Positions 33,696 through 44,300 of a DNA stretch of 64,000 nt are shown here, piece by piece. Position 1 is the first letter of the stretch. Every line of letters begins with the position of its first letter. Source of the stretch: Escherichia coli (GTDB taxonomy: Bacteria; Pseudomonadota; Gammaproteobacteria; Enterobacterales; Enterobacteriaceae). The DNA lies in assembly GCF_050920415.1 (NCBI RefSeq), contig NZ_CP169309.1. One strand, 5' to 3'. The translations under genes were made by a program, and so were the position numbers. The notes under the pieces are model-generated. The model was given only the letters and a program-made list of their open reading frames with translations. It did not search any database and was not told where the DNA came from.

Positions 33696-34772
33696 ATGAA
33701 AGCACTGGCTCGGTTTGGCAAAGCCTTTGGCGGCTACAAGATGATCGATGTCCCACAACCCATTTGTGGCCCGGAAGATGTGGTGATTGAAATTAAAGCT
33801 GCGGCAATCTGCGGCGCAGACATGAAGCACTACAATGTCGATAGCGGTTCTGATGAGTTTAACTCTATCCGCGGCCATGAGTTCGCAGGTTGTATTGCGC
33901 AGGTTGGTGAAAAAGTCAAAGACTGGAAAGTGGGGCAACGCGTCGTGTCGGATAACAGCGGTCACGTTTGCGGCGTTTGTCCGGCCTGTGAACAAGGTGA
34001 TTTTCTGTGTTGTACAGAAAAAGTAAACCTTGGTCTGGATAACAATACGTGGGGCGGTGGTTTTTCCAAATATTGTCTGGTTCCTGGTGAAATTCTCAAA
34101 ATTCATCGTCATGCGTTGTGGGAAATCCCTGATGGTGTTGATTATGAGGACGCAGCCGTACTTGACCCTATCTGCAATGCCTACAAATCCATCGCGCAGC
34201 AATCGAAATTCCTCCCTGGTCAGGATGTAGTCGTCATCGGCACTGGCCCACTCGGGCTGTTCTCCGTACAAATGGCGCGGATTATGGGGGCGGTAAATAT
34301 CGTCGTCGTTGGTCTACAAGAAGATGTGGCGGTCCGCTTCCCGGTTGCAAAAGAACTGGGTGCGACGGCTGTAGTAAATGGTTCTACCGAAGATGTGGTG
34401 GCGCGCTGCCAGCAAATTTGTGGTAAAGACAATCTGGGACTGGTGATTGAATGCTCCGGTGCCAATATCGCACTTAAACAAGCCATCGAAATGCTCCGTC
34501 CGAACGGGGAAGTGGTACGCGTTGGAATGGGCTTCAAGCCTCTTGATTTCTCGATTAATGACATTACCGCCTGGAACAAAAGAATCATTGGGCATATGGC
34601 CTATGACTCCACCTCATGGCGTAACGCTCTCCGGCTATTAGCCAGCGGCGCTATCAAAGTCAAACCGATGATCACGCATCGTATCGGCCTGTCGCAATGG
34701 CGCGAAGGGTTTGATGCGATGGTCGATAAAACCGCAATCAAAGTGATCATGACTTACGACTTTGATGAATAA
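33696..34772 (+). CDS. ydjL: YdjL, Zn-dependent MDR-family alcohol/polyol dehydrogenase (358 aa)
   Basis: GHEFAG Zn-binding signature and Cys cluster CGVCPACEQGDFLCC. Confidence 0.9.
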   Translation: MKALARFGKAFGGYKMIDVPQPICGPEDVVIEIKAAAICGADMKHYNVDSGSDEFNSIRGHEFAGCIAQVGEKVKDWKVGQRVVSDNSGHVCGVCPACEQGDFLCCTEKVNLGLDNNTWGGGFSKYCLVPGEILKIHRHALWEIPDGVDYEDAAVLDPICNAYKSIAQQSKFLPGQDVVVIGTGPLGLFSVQMARIMGAVNIVVVGLQEDVAVRFPVAKELGATAVVNGSTEDVVARCQQICGKDNLGLVIECSGANIALKQAIEMLRPNGEVVRVGMGFKPLDFSINDITAWNKRIIGHMAYDSTSWRNALRLLASGAIKVKPMITHRIGLSQWREGFDAMVDKTAIKVIMTYDFDE

Positions 34773-34798
34773 CTACTCTCCTGAAGGAACGTTATCGC

Positions 34799-36178
34799 AT
34801 GGAACAGATAACAAAACCGCATTGTGGTGCACGGCTGGATCGCTTACCGGATTGCCGCTGGCATTCGTCAATGTTTGCTATCGTCGCGTTTGGCTTGCTT
34901 GTCTGCTGGAGTAATGCCGTTGGTGGCTTGATCCTCGCGCAGCTGAAAGAGTTGGGCTGGACAGATAATTCCACCACTGCCACATTCTCAGCAATCACGA
35001 CCGCCGGGATGTTTCTCGGTGCGCTGGTTGGCGGCATCATCGGTGACAAAACCGGTCGCAGAAATGCGTTCATCCTCTATGAGGCCATTCATATTGCCTC
35101 GATGGTTGTCGGTGCTTTTTCACCGAATATGGATTTCCTTATTGCCTGCCGTTTTGTGATGGGCGTTGGGCTGGGAGCTTTACTGGTGACGCTGTTTGCT
35201 GGTTTCACCGAATATATGCCCGGTAGAAATCGCGGAACATGGTCCAGTCGGGTTTCCTTTATTGGCAACTGGTCATATCCGCTCTGTTCATTGATTGCGA
35301 TGGGACTCACGCCGCTGATTAGTGCAGAGTGGAACTGGCGAGTACAACTGCTTATCCCTGCAATATTGTCGCTTATCGCTACGGCGCTGGCCTGGCGCTA
35401 CTTTCCTGAATCCCCGCGCTGGCTGGAATCGCGCGGACGGTATCAGGAAGCCGAGAAAGTCATGCGGAGTATAGAAGAAGACGTCATACGCCAGACGGGT
35501 AAACCTTTGCCGCCCGTGGTTATTGCTGATGACGGTAAAGCGCCACAAGCGGTGCCGTATTCAGCCTTACTGACAGGAGTATTACTGAACCGCGTGATAT
35601 TAGGTTCTTGTGTGCTGATTGCCATGAACGTTGTGCAGTACACACTAATTAACTGGTTGCCAACGATATTCATGACCCAGGGGATTAATTTAAAAGACTC
35701 GATTGTTTTAAATACCATGAGTATGTTTGGCGCGCCATTTGGTATTTTTATTGCCATGCTGGTGATGGATAAAATTCCGCGTAAAACAATGGGTGTGGGG
35801 CTATTAATCCTGATTGCGGTGCTCGGATATATCTATTCACTGCAAACCAGTATGTTGCTCATAACGCTGATTGGTTTCTTCCTGATTACTTTCGTCTATA
35901 TGTACGTTTGCTATGCCTCGGCAGTGTATGTCCCTGAGATCTGGCCGACAGAGGCCAAATTACGTGGCTCCGGTCTGGCGAATGCAGTAGGGCGAATCAG
36001 TGGTATTGCCGCACCTTATGCCGTTGCAGTGCTGCTCAGTAGTTATGGCGTAACGGGAGTCTTTATTCTTCTGGGGGCGGTTTCAATTATTGTCGCAATT
36101 GCTATCGCCACCATTGGAATTGAAACCAAAGGTGTCTCCGTTGAAAGTTTAAGTATTGATGCAGTAGTCAATAAATAA
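34799..36178 (+). CDS. ydjK: YdjK, MFS sugar/metabolite transporter (459 aa)
   Basis: 12-TM MFS protein, paralogous to ydjE. Confidence 0.9.
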   Translation: MEQITKPHCGARLDRLPDCRWHSSMFAIVAFGLLVCWSNAVGGLILAQLKELGWTDNSTTATFSAITTAGMFLGALVGGIIGDKTGRRNAFILYEAIHIASMVVGAFSPNMDFLIACRFVMGVGLGALLVTLFAGFTEYMPGRNRGTWSSRVSFIGNWSYPLCSLIAMGLTPLISAEWNWRVQLLIPAILSLIATALAWRYFPESPRWLESRGRYQEAEKVMRSIEEDVIRQTGKPLPPVVIADDGKAPQAVPYSALLTGVLLNRVILGSCVLIAMNVVQYTLINWLPTIFMTQGINLKDSIVLNTMSMFGAPFGIFIAMLVMDKIPRKTMGVGLLILIAVLGYIYSLQTSMLLITLIGFFLITFVYMYVCYASAVYVPEIWPTEAKLRGSGLANAVGRISGIAAPYAVAVLLSSYGVTGVFILLGAVSIIVAIAIATIGIETKGVSVESLSIDAVVNK

Positions 36179-36194
36179 TACTGGTGGATTCAAA

Positions 36195-37238
36195 ATGAAA
36201 AATTCAAAAGCAATATTGCAGGTGCCGGGCACAATGAAAATTATTTCAGCAGAAATACCTGTGCCTAAAGAAGATGAAGTTTTGATTAAAGTAGAATATG
36301 TCGGTATTTGTGGTTCAGATGTACATGGTTTTGAATCAGGCCCGTTTATTCCGCCTAAAGACCCAAATCAAGAAATTGGCCTGGGTCATGAATGCGCCGG
36401 GACGGTTGTGGCTGTGGGAAGCCGTGTGCGCAAATTTAAAGCGGGGGATCGGGTAAATATCGAACCTGGCGTTCCTTGCGGTCACTGTCGTTACTGTCTG
36501 GAAGGCAAATATAACATCTGTCCGGACGTTGATTTTATGGCGACACAACCCAACTACCGCGGCGCATTAACGCACTATCTGTGTCATCCGGAGAGCTTTA
36601 CTTACAAACTGCCCGACAATATGGACACGATGGAAGGGGCGCTGGTGGAGCCTGCTGCAGTCGGTATGCATGCCGCGATGCTGGCAGATGTTAAACCGGG
36701 TAAGAAGATAATTATTCTGGGAGCGGGTTGTATTGGTTTGATGACGTTGCAAGCATGCAAATGCCTGGGAGCTACGGATATTGCCGTCGTTGATGTACTG
36801 GAAAAACGTCTGACAATGGCGGAACAGCTCGGCGCGACAGTGGTTATTAACGGCGCAAAAGAAGACACTATTGCACGTTGTCAGCAATTTACCGAAGAAA
36901 TGGGCGCAGATATTGTTTTCGAAACAGCGGGTTCTGCGGTCACCGTTAAACAGGCACCTTATCTGGTAATGCGCGGCGGTAAAATTATGATTGTTGGTAC
37001 TGTACCGGGCGATTCGGCAATCAATTTCCTCAAAATCAATCGCGAAGTCACTATCCAGACAGTATTCCGCTATGCCAATCGTTATCCGGTCACGATTGAA
37101 GCTATTTCCTCAGGGCGATTCGATGTGAAATCGATGGTGACACATATTTACGATTATCAGGATGTACAACAGGCATTTGAAGAGTCGGTTAACAACAAAC
37201 GCGACATTATTAAAGGCGTTATTAAAATTAGCGATTAA
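36195..37238 (+). CDS. ydjJ: YdjJ, Zn-dependent MDR-family dehydrogenase (347 aa)
   Basis: GHECAG motif and CGHCRYC. Confidence 0.9.
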   Translation: MKNSKAILQVPGTMKIISAEIPVPKEDEVLIKVEYVGICGSDVHGFESGPFIPPKDPNQEIGLGHECAGTVVAVGSRVRKFKAGDRVNIEPGVPCGHCRYCLEGKYNICPDVDFMATQPNYRGALTHYLCHPESFTYKLPDNMDTMEGALVEPAAVGMHAAMLADVKPGKKIIILGAGCIGLMTLQACKCLGATDIAVVDVLEKRLTMAEQLGATVVINGAKEDTIARCQQFTEEMGADIVFETAGSAVTVKQAPYLVMRGGKIMIVGTVPGDSAINFLKINREVTIQTVFRYANRYPVTIEAISSGRFDVKSMVTHIYDYQDVQQAFEESVNNKRDIIKGVIKISD

Positions 37239-37258
37239 TTAATACGGGAGAACAGAAT

Positions 37259-38095
37259 ATGCTCGCAGATATCAGATATTGGGAAAACGATGCCACAAAT
37301 AAACATTATGCAATTGCCCATTTTAATGTATGGAATGCAGAAATGTTGATGGGCGTTATCGACGCAGCCGAAGAAGCGAAATCACCGGTTATTATTTCTT
37401 TTGGTACAGGTTTTGTCGGGAACACCTCATTTGAAGATTTCTCTCACATGATGGTATCAATGGCAAAAAAAGCAACGGTGCCGGTAATAACTCATTGGGA
37501 TCATGGTCGGAGTATGGAAATTATTCATAACGCCTGGACTCATGGTATGAATTCATTAATGCGTGATGCTTCCGCATTTGATTTCGAAGAAAATATTCGT
37601 TTAACCAAAGAGGCTGTTGATTTCTTCCATCCGCTGGGTATTCCGGTAGAGGCAGAATTAGGGCATGTCGGTAATGAAACCGTTTATGAAGAAGCGCTGG
37701 CGGGCTATCACTATACCGATCCTGACCAGGCGGCTGAATTTGTTGAACGTACGGGCTGTGACTCATTGGCTGTCGCCATCGGCAACCAGCATGGGGTTTA
37801 TACGTCAGAGCCACAATTGAACTTTGAGGTCGTCAAACGCGTACGCGATGCCGTTTCTGTTCCGCTGGTTTTGCACGGCGCATCGGGGATCAGTGATGCC
37901 GACATTAAAACTGCAATTTCGTTGGGTATCGCGAAAATCAACATTCATACGGAGCTCTGTCAGGCCGCAATGGTAGCAGTGAAAGAAAACCAGGATCAGC
38001 CTTTCCTGCATTTAGAACGTGAAGTACGTAAAGCTGTAAAAGAACGGGCATTGGAAAAAATTAAACTGTTCGGTTCTGATGGCAAAGCGGAATAA
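37259..38095 (+). CDS. ydjI: YdjI, class II (FBA/tagatose-bisphosphate-type) aldolase (278 aa)
   Basis: Class II aldolase family. Confidence 0.9.
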   Translation: MLADIRYWENDATNKHYAIAHFNVWNAEMLMGVIDAAEEAKSPVIISFGTGFVGNTSFEDFSHMMVSMAKKATVPVITHWDHGRSMEIIHNAWTHGMNSLMRDASAFDFEENIRLTKEAVDFFHPLGIPVEAELGHVGNETVYEEALAGYHYTDPDQAAEFVERTGCDSLAVAIGNQHGVYTSEPQLNFEVVKRVRDAVSVPLVLHGASGISDADIKTAISLGIAKINIHTELCQAAMVAVKENQDQPFLHLEREVRKAVKERALEKIKLFGSDGKAE

Positions 38096-38099
38096 TGAT

Positions 38100-39047
38100 A
38101 TGGATAATCTCGACGTTATTTGTATAGGTGCCGCTATTGTTGATATTCCATTGCAACCGGTCAGTAAAAATATCTTTGATGTGGATTCTTATCCTCTTGA
38201 AAGAATCGCAATGACCACCGGGGGTGATGCAATAAATGAAGCAACAATTATTTCTCGCCTGGGCCATCGCACAGCATTAATGAGTCGTATTGGTAAAGAT
38301 GCCGCCGGGCAATTTATTCTCGACCATTGTCGCAAAGAGAATATTGATATTCAAAGCCTGAAGCAGGACGTCAGCATAGATACCTCTATTAACGTTGGAC
38401 TGGTGACGGAGGATGGCGAGCGGACGTTTGTCACAAACCGTAACGGCAGTCTGTGGAAATTGAATATTGACGATGTTGATTTTTCGCGGTTTTCTCAGGC
38501 GAAATTATTATCTCTGGCCAGTATTTTCAACAGTCCTCTATTGGATGGTAAAGCGCTAACAGAAATTTTTACGCAAGCTAAAGCCCGGCAGATGATTATC
38601 TGTGCCGATATGATCAAACCGCGGTTGAATGAAACGCTGGATGATATTTGCGAAGCATTGAGTTATGTCGATTATCTGTTTCCTAATTTTGCCGAGGCAA
38701 AATTACTCACTGGGAAAGAGACACTGGATGAAATTGCTGACTGCTTTCTTGCGTGCGGCGTAAAAACGGTGGTGATTAAAACGGGTAAAGACGGCTGCTT
38801 TATCAAGCGTGGTGACATGACGATGAAGGTGCCGGCGGTCGCAGGAATAACCGCCATCGACACTATTGGCGCAGGCGATAACTTTGCTTCTGGCTTTATA
38901 GCGGCTCTGTTAGAAGACAAAAATCTGCGTGAATGCGCACGCTTTGCCAATGCAACGGCGGCTATCTCGGTTCTAAGCGTCGGTGCCACCACCGGTGTAA
39001 AAAACAGAAAGCTGGTCGAACAATTGCTGGAAGAATACGAAGGATAA
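38100..39047 (+). CDS. ydjH: YdjH, PfkB-family sugar kinase (315 aa)
   Basis: Starts MDNLDVICIGAAIVD... Ribokinase-like GAGD motif (DTIGAGDNFASG). Confidence 0.9.
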   Translation: MDNLDVICIGAAIVDIPLQPVSKNIFDVDSYPLERIAMTTGGDAINEATIISRLGHRTALMSRIGKDAAGQFILDHCRKENIDIQSLKQDVSIDTSINVGLVTEDGERTFVTNRNGSLWKLNIDDVDFSRFSQAKLLSLASIFNSPLLDGKALTEIFTQAKARQMIICADMIKPRLNETLDDICEALSYVDYLFPNFAEAKLLTGKETLDEIADCFLACGVKTVVIKTGKDGCFIKRGDMTMKVPAVAGITAIDTIGAGDNFASGFIAALLEDKNLRECARFANATAAISVLSVGATTGVKNRKLVEQLLEEYEG

Positions 39048-39056
39048 TGAAGGCAA

Positions 39057-40037
39057 ATGAAAAAGATACCTTTAGGCACAACGGATATAACGCTTTCGCG
39101 AATGGGGTTGGGGACATGGGCCATTGGCGGCGGTCCTGCATGGAATGGCGATCTCGATCGGCAAATATGTATTGATACGATTCTTGAAGCCCATCGTTGC
39201 GGCATTAACCTGATTGATACTGCGCCAGGATATAACTTTGGCAATAGTGAGGTTATCGTCGGTCAGGCGTTAAAAAAACTGCCCCGTGAACAGGTTGTAG
39301 TAGAAACCAAATGCGGCATTGTCTGGGAACGAAAAGGGAGTTTATTCAACAAAGTTGGCGATCGGCAGTTGTATAAAAACCTTTCCCCGGAATCTATCCG
39401 CGAAGAGGTAGAAGCCAGCTTGCAACGTCTGGGTATTGATTACATCGATATCTACATGACGCACTGGCAGTCGGTGCCGCCATTTTTTACGCCGATAGCT
39501 GAAACTGTCGCAGTGCTCAATGAGTTAAAGGCCGAAGGGAAAATTCGCGCTATAGGCGCTGCTAACGTCGATGCTGACCATATCCGCGAGTATCTGCAAT
39601 ATGGTGAACTGGATATTATTCAGGCGAAATACAGTATCCTCGACCGGGCAATGGAAAGCGAACTGCTGCCGCTATGTCGTGATAATGGCATTGTGTTACA
39701 GGTTTATTCCCCGCTAGAGCAGGGATTGTTGACCGGTACCATCACTCGTGATTATGTTCCGGGCGGCGCTCGGGCAAATAAAGTCTGGTTCCAGCGTGAA
39801 AACATGCTGAAAGTGATTGATATGCTTGAACAGTGGCAGCCACTCTGTGCTCGTTATCAGTGCACAATTCCCACTCTGGCACTGGCGTGGATATTAAAAC
39901 AGAGTGATTTAATCTCCATTCTTAGTGGGGCTACTGCGCCGGAACAGGTACGTGAAAATGTCGCGGCACTGAATATCAACTTATCGGATGCAGACGCAAC
40001 ATTGATGAGGGAAATGGCAGAGGCTCTGGAGCGTTAA
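39057..40037 (+). CDS. ydjG: YdjG, aldo-keto reductase (326 aa)
   Basis: Aldo-keto reductase family. Confidence 0.9.
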   Translation: MKKIPLGTTDITLSRMGLGTWAIGGGPAWNGDLDRQICIDTILEAHRCGINLIDTAPGYNFGNSEVIVGQALKKLPREQVVVETKCGIVWERKGSLFNKVGDRQLYKNLSPESIREEVEASLQRLGIDYIDIYMTHWQSVPPFFTPIAETVAVLNELKAEGKIRAIGAANVDADHIREYLQYGELDIIQAKYSILDRAMESELLPLCRDNGIVLQVYSPLEQGLLTGTITRDYVPGGARANKVWFQRENMLKVIDMLEQWQPLCARYQCTIPTLALAWILKQSDLISILSGATAPEQVRENVAALNINLSDADATLMREMAEALER

Positions 40038-40173
40038 ATACTCAACACGATTCACCTCTGTTTCTGTGAAAACTGTGATGAAAATCTGTGATTCAAACAG
40101 GTTATTTTGAAAGTAAACATCGGTTATGCGATAATCGCGCTAATGTGATGTAAAAAGATACAGGGGTGTAATC

Positions 40174-40932
40174 GTGGCGGCAAAAGACAGGATTCAGGCA
40201 ATTAAGCAAATGGTTGCCAACGATAAAAAGGTGACAGTCTCAAATTTGAGTGGGATTTTTCAGGTAACCGAAGAAACCATTCGCCGCGATCTTGAGAAGC
40301 TGGAAGATGAAGGCTTTTTGACCAGAACCTATGGTGGTGCTGTTTTAAATACAGCGATGTTGACGGAGAATATCCATTTTTATAAGCGCGCTTCATCGTT
40401 TTATGAAGAGAAGCAGCTTATTGCACGCAAGGCACTACCCTTTATCGACAATAAAACCACTATGGCAGCCGATTCCAGTAGTACCGTTATGGAATTGCTC
40501 AAATTGTTGCAGGACCGTAGTGACCTGACGTTGCTAACTAACTCGGCGGAAGCGATTCATGTTCTGGCTCAATCAGAAATTAAAGTCGTTTCAACGGGGG
40601 GGGAACTAAACAAAAATACACTTTCCCTGCAAGGAAGAATTACTAAAGAGATCATCAGCCGCTACCATGTCGATATCATGGTAATGAGTTGTAAAGGTCT
40701 TGATATTAACAGCGGCGCGCTGGACTCTAACGAAGCGGAAGCTGAAATCAAAAAGACAATGATCCGTCAGGCGACAGAAGTTGCGTTATTGGTTGATCAC
40801 TCTAAGTTTGATCGCAAAGCTTTTGTCCAGTTAGCTGACTTTAGTCATATTAATTACATAATAACTGATAAATCACCGGGTGCAGAGTGGATAGCATTTT
40901 GCAAAGACAATAATATCCAGCTGGTGTGGTAA
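40174..40932 (+). CDS. ydjF: YdjF, DeoR-family transcriptional regulator (252 aa)
   Basis: GTG start. N-terminal HTH plus DeoR C-terminal sugar-phosphate binding domain. Confidence 0.9.
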   Translation: MAAKDRIQAIKQMVANDKKVTVSNLSGIFQVTEETIRRDLEKLEDEGFLTRTYGGAVLNTAMLTENIHFYKRASSFYEEKQLIARKALPFIDNKTTMAADSSSTVMELLKLLQDRSDLTLLTNSAEAIHVLAQSEIKVVSTGGELNKNTLSLQGRITKEIISRYHVDIMVMSCKGLDINSGALDSNEAEAEIKKTMIRQATEVALLVDHSKFDRKAFVQLADFSHINYIITDKSPGAEWIAFCKDNNIQLVW

Positions 40933-41049
40933 TTTAAGCACACGTTGTCAATATTATTTGTTCCTGCGCCTGGAAAATAAAATGATGATAAAGATGCGGC
41001 AAGTGAATTTGCCGCAATTGCTACCTTTTTAGCAAATCCGAGGCACCTA

Positions 41050-42408
41050 ATGGAACAATATGATCAAATTGGCGCAAGACTGGACCGCTTGCCTTTGGCC
41101 CGGTTTCATTATCGTATATTTGGTATTATAAGCTTTAGTCTGTTATTAACGGGTTTTTTGAGTTATTCAGGCAATGTTGTTTTAGCAAAGCTGGTAAGCA
41201 ATGGATGGTCAAATAATTTCCTCAATGCCGCCTTTACCTCGGCATTAATGTTTGGTTATTTCATCGGCTCTCTTACCGGTGGGTTCATCGGTGATTATTT
41301 TGGGCGGCGCAGGGCTTTTCGCATAAATCTTCTCATCGTCGGTATTGCGGCAACAGGGGCCGCTTTTGTCCCTGATATGTACTGGCTCATTTTCTTTCGC
41401 TTCCTGATGGGCACAGGAATGGGGGCGCTGATTATGGTTGGCTATGCTTCGTTTACGGAGTTTATCCCCGCGACGGTGCGTGGAAAATGGTCCGCGCGGC
41501 TGTCATTTGTCGGTAACTGGTCGCCCATGCTGTCTGCGGCGATAGGCGTGGTGGTTATCGCTTTTTTTAGTTGGCGGATAATGTTTCTGCTGGGTGGTAT
41601 TGGCATACTGTTAGCCTGGTTTCTCTCAGGTAAATACTTTATTGAGTCGCCTCGATGGTTGGCGGGGAAAGGACAAATCGCAGGTGCAGAAAGCCAACTT
41701 CGTGAAGTAGAGCAGCAAATTGAAAGAGAGAAGAGTGTTCGTTTACCCCCGCTTACTTTGAATCAGAGCAACAGCAAGGCTAACGTAATCAATGGTACTT
41801 TCTGGCTGCTGTTTAAAGGGGAAATGTTACGACGTACATTAGTTGCGATTACTGTTTTAATTGCAATGAACATTTCACTTTATACCATCACCGTATGGAT
41901 ACCGACCATATTTGTTAACTCCGGTATTGATGTTGATAAATCAATATTAATGACTGCTGTTATTATGATTGGCGCTCCGGTAGGTATATTTATTGCGGCA
42001 TTAATTATTGATCATTTTCCTCGTCGATTATTTGGCTCCGCCTTGCTTATTATTATTGCCATGTTAGGCTATATCTATTCAATTCAGACTACAGAGTGGG
42101 CGATTTTAATCTATGGCCTGGTGATGATCTTCTTTTTATACATGTATGTTTGCTTCGCGTCGGCGGTTTATATCCCGGAGCTTTGGCCAACGCATTTACG
42201 CCTGCGCGGTTCGGGTTTCGTTAATGCCGTCGGACGGATCGTCGCGGTCTTCACGCCTTATGGCGTTGCGGCACTATTAACGCATTATGGGTCAATCACG
42301 GTGTTTATGGTGCTTGGCGTGATGTTAGTGCTCTGTGCGCTGGTTCTCTCCATTTTTGGCATCGAAACGCGGAAGGTGTCGCTGGAAGAGATTTCTGAGG
42401 TGAATTAA
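41050..42408 (+). CDS. ydjE: YdjE, MFS transporter (452 aa)
   Basis: 12-TM MFS protein, paralog of ydjK. Confidence 0.9.
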   Translation: MEQYDQIGARLDRLPLARFHYRIFGIISFSLLLTGFLSYSGNVVLAKLVSNGWSNNFLNAAFTSALMFGYFIGSLTGGFIGDYFGRRRAFRINLLIVGIAATGAAFVPDMYWLIFFRFLMGTGMGALIMVGYASFTEFIPATVRGKWSARLSFVGNWSPMLSAAIGVVVIAFFSWRIMFLLGGIGILLAWFLSGKYFIESPRWLAGKGQIAGAESQLREVEQQIEREKSVRLPPLTLNQSNSKANVINGTFWLLFKGEMLRRTLVAITVLIAMNISLYTITVWIPTIFVNSGIDVDKSILMTAVIMIGAPVGIFIAALIIDHFPRRLFGSALLIIIAMLGYIYSIQTTEWAILIYGLVMIFFLYMYVCFASAVYIPELWPTHLRLRGSGFVNAVGRIVAVFTPYGVAALLTHYGSITVFMVLGVMLVLCALVLSIFGIETRKVSLEEISEVN

Positions 42409-42458
42409 ATCTTTCGTTGATGGCGTCAATTGCCAGATGTACCACTGACGTGTTTTAT

Positions 42459-42493
42459 CTGGCCTACAATGGCAGTACAGAATTGTAGGCCAG
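42459..42493. repeat. REP-like palindrome / bidirectional terminator between convergent ydjE and pncA
   Basis: 12-bp perfect inverted repeat ctggcctacaat ... attgtaggccag, with the GCCTAC motif typical of REP ends. Confidence 0.5.
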
Positions 42494-42500
42494 CATAAAA

Positions 42501-43142
42501 TTACTCCTGCGTCTCTTCCCAGTCTGCCAGCGTATATAGCGTTGCCCCAGCTGCTGACATCTCCATAAACGCGTGCGCACTGTCCTGTGGCTGGATATTC
42601 ACGCCACGACAACCATCGGTAATCACATTAACCTTATAACCTAACTGTAACGCGTCCAGCACGGTAAACTTCACGCAATAGTCAGTAGCCAGGCCCATAA
42701 TGATCAATTCATCGATTTCATGATCGCGTAACCAGTCATCGAGCGTGGTTTTCTGCCGACGGCCGTTATCAAAAAAGGCACTGTAACTGTCAACTAAAGG
42801 ATTTTCGCCTTTATGGAACACCGCTGCGATCGCTTTTTGGTTCAGTAACGGATGTAATTGTGCGCCTTCACTGTTCTGCACACAGTGATCTGGCCAGAAG
42901 GTTTGTGGCAAACCGTCGAGTTGGCCTGGCGTATAAGGCTCTACACCGTGCTGACTGGCAAAACTGCCGTGATTCGCCGGGTGCCAGTCTTGACTGGCGA
43001 TAACCGCTTCACCGCGCGACTGGCACCAGTCAATCAGGCGGTTAGCGACATCCACCGTACTGTCACCTTCCGGCACGGCGAGCGCGCCACCAGCACAGAA
43101 ATCATTTTGTAAATCGACCAGTAACAGGGCGCGAGGGGGCAT
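42501..43142 (-). CDS. pncA: Nicotinamidase/pyrazinamidase PncA (213 aa)
   Basis: MPPRALLLVDLQNDFCAGGALAV... Isochorismatase fold. Confidence 0.92.
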   Translation of the reverse strand: MPPRALLLVDLQNDFCAGGALAVPEGDSTVDVANRLIDWCQSRGEAVIASQDWHPANHGSFASQHGVEPYTPGQLDGLPQTFWPDHCVQNSEGAQLHPLLNQKAIAAVFHKGENPLVDSYSAFFDNGRRQKTTLDDWLRDHEIDELIIMGLATDYCVKFTVLDALQLGYKVNVITDGCRGVNIQPQDSAHAFMEMSAAGATLYTLADWEETQE

Positions 43143-43152
43143 TGCAGTCTCC

Positions 43153-44169
43153 TTAATCATCCGGCGTCAGTTCGCCGCGCAGGTTTTGGCTCATGGCCTT
43201 GCGAATGGTTTCAGTATCCAGTTCCTGGCTAAGCAGGTAATGCAGTTTTGTTAGCGTAGCTTCTACTGTCATATCAGCTCCACCAATGACGCCGGCATGG
43301 GCGAGGGCGTTACCGGTGGCATAACCCCCCATGTTCACTTTACCGGACATACATTGTGTCAGGTTGACTACCACAATTCCGCGATCGCTGGCTTCTTGTA
43401 ATTCTTGCAGGAAGGCTTTGTTTTGTGGCGCATTACCCACGCCATATGAGCGCAGAATCAATGCTTTCACCGGTTGGCGCAGAAAATTGCGCACGACGTC
43501 AGCAGAAATCCCCGGATAAATCGTCACTACGCCAATTGGTTGTGGGGTGATTGGATGAACGATCAATTCCCCTTCACCGTGCGGGGCGGGGGGCGTATTC
43601 AAACGACGAATATGGATACCTGCTTCCAGTAACGGAGGAAGGTTTGGAGAGGCAAACGCATCAAAACCATCGGCATGGGCTTTGGTGGTACGGTTGCCAC
43701 GATAAAGTCGATTATTAAAAAAGAGAGTTACTTCGTTGATAGGATAATTCGCCGCAACGTACAACGCATTCAGCAGATTAATTTGTCCGTCAGAGCGTAA
43801 CTCAGCCAGCGGGATTTGTGACCCTGTCACAATGACCGGTTTACCGAGATTCTCGAGCATGAACGACAGCGCAGAGGCGGTATACGCCATCGTGTCGGTG
43901 CCGTGCAGAATGACAAAACCATCATAGTCGTCATAATGCGCTTTAATATCTTCAGCAATATGCTGCCAGTCTTCTGGCGTCATATCTGAAGAGTCCATCA
44001 GCGGCGTATATTCATGAATGGTGAAATCTGGCATCTCCGGGCGATGGAATTCCGGCATCAGCGCCAGTTGGCGTTGTAGATGACCTGACACCGGAATATA
44101 ACCCTGCTCGGAACGCTGCATCCCGATGGTCCCGCCCGTGTAGGCGACGTAAATTGATTTCTTTTGCAT
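43153..44169 (-). CDS. ansA: Cytoplasmic L-asparaginase I AnsA (338 aa)
   Basis: MQKKSIYVAYTGGTIGMQRS... Asparaginase threonine active-site motif. Confidence 0.93.
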   Translation of the reverse strand: MQKKSIYVAYTGGTIGMQRSEQGYIPVSGHLQRQLALMPEFHRPEMPDFTIHEYTPLMDSSDMTPEDWQHIAEDIKAHYDDYDGFVILHGTDTMAYTASALSFMLENLGKPVIVTGSQIPLAELRSDGQINLLNALYVAANYPINEVTLFFNNRLYRGNRTTKAHADGFDAFASPNLPPLLEAGIHIRRLNTPPAPHGEGELIVHPITPQPIGVVTIYPGISADVVRNFLRQPVKALILRSYGVGNAPQNKAFLQELQEASDRGIVVVNLTQCMSGKVNMGGYATGNALAHAGVIGGADMTVEATLTKLHYLLSQELDTETIRKAMSQNLRGELTPDD

Positions 44170-44300
44170 GATATTGATATGAATGATATCGAAAGAGCAA
44201 AAGTATATACGTGAGGGGCAGCGAGCGCACCTGGATACTCTGTGGATATGAGAAAAGTCCGGCAGAACGGAGGGATTAGTGTCCCGCCGGAGAAAAGTGG

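Noticed and set aside
33633-34271. 212-aa minus-strand ORF overlapping the 5' half of ydjL
   Set aside because: It is antisense to a well-supported Zn-dehydrogenase CDS. It has no RBS and no recognisable domain. The ydjL frame carries all the family motifs.
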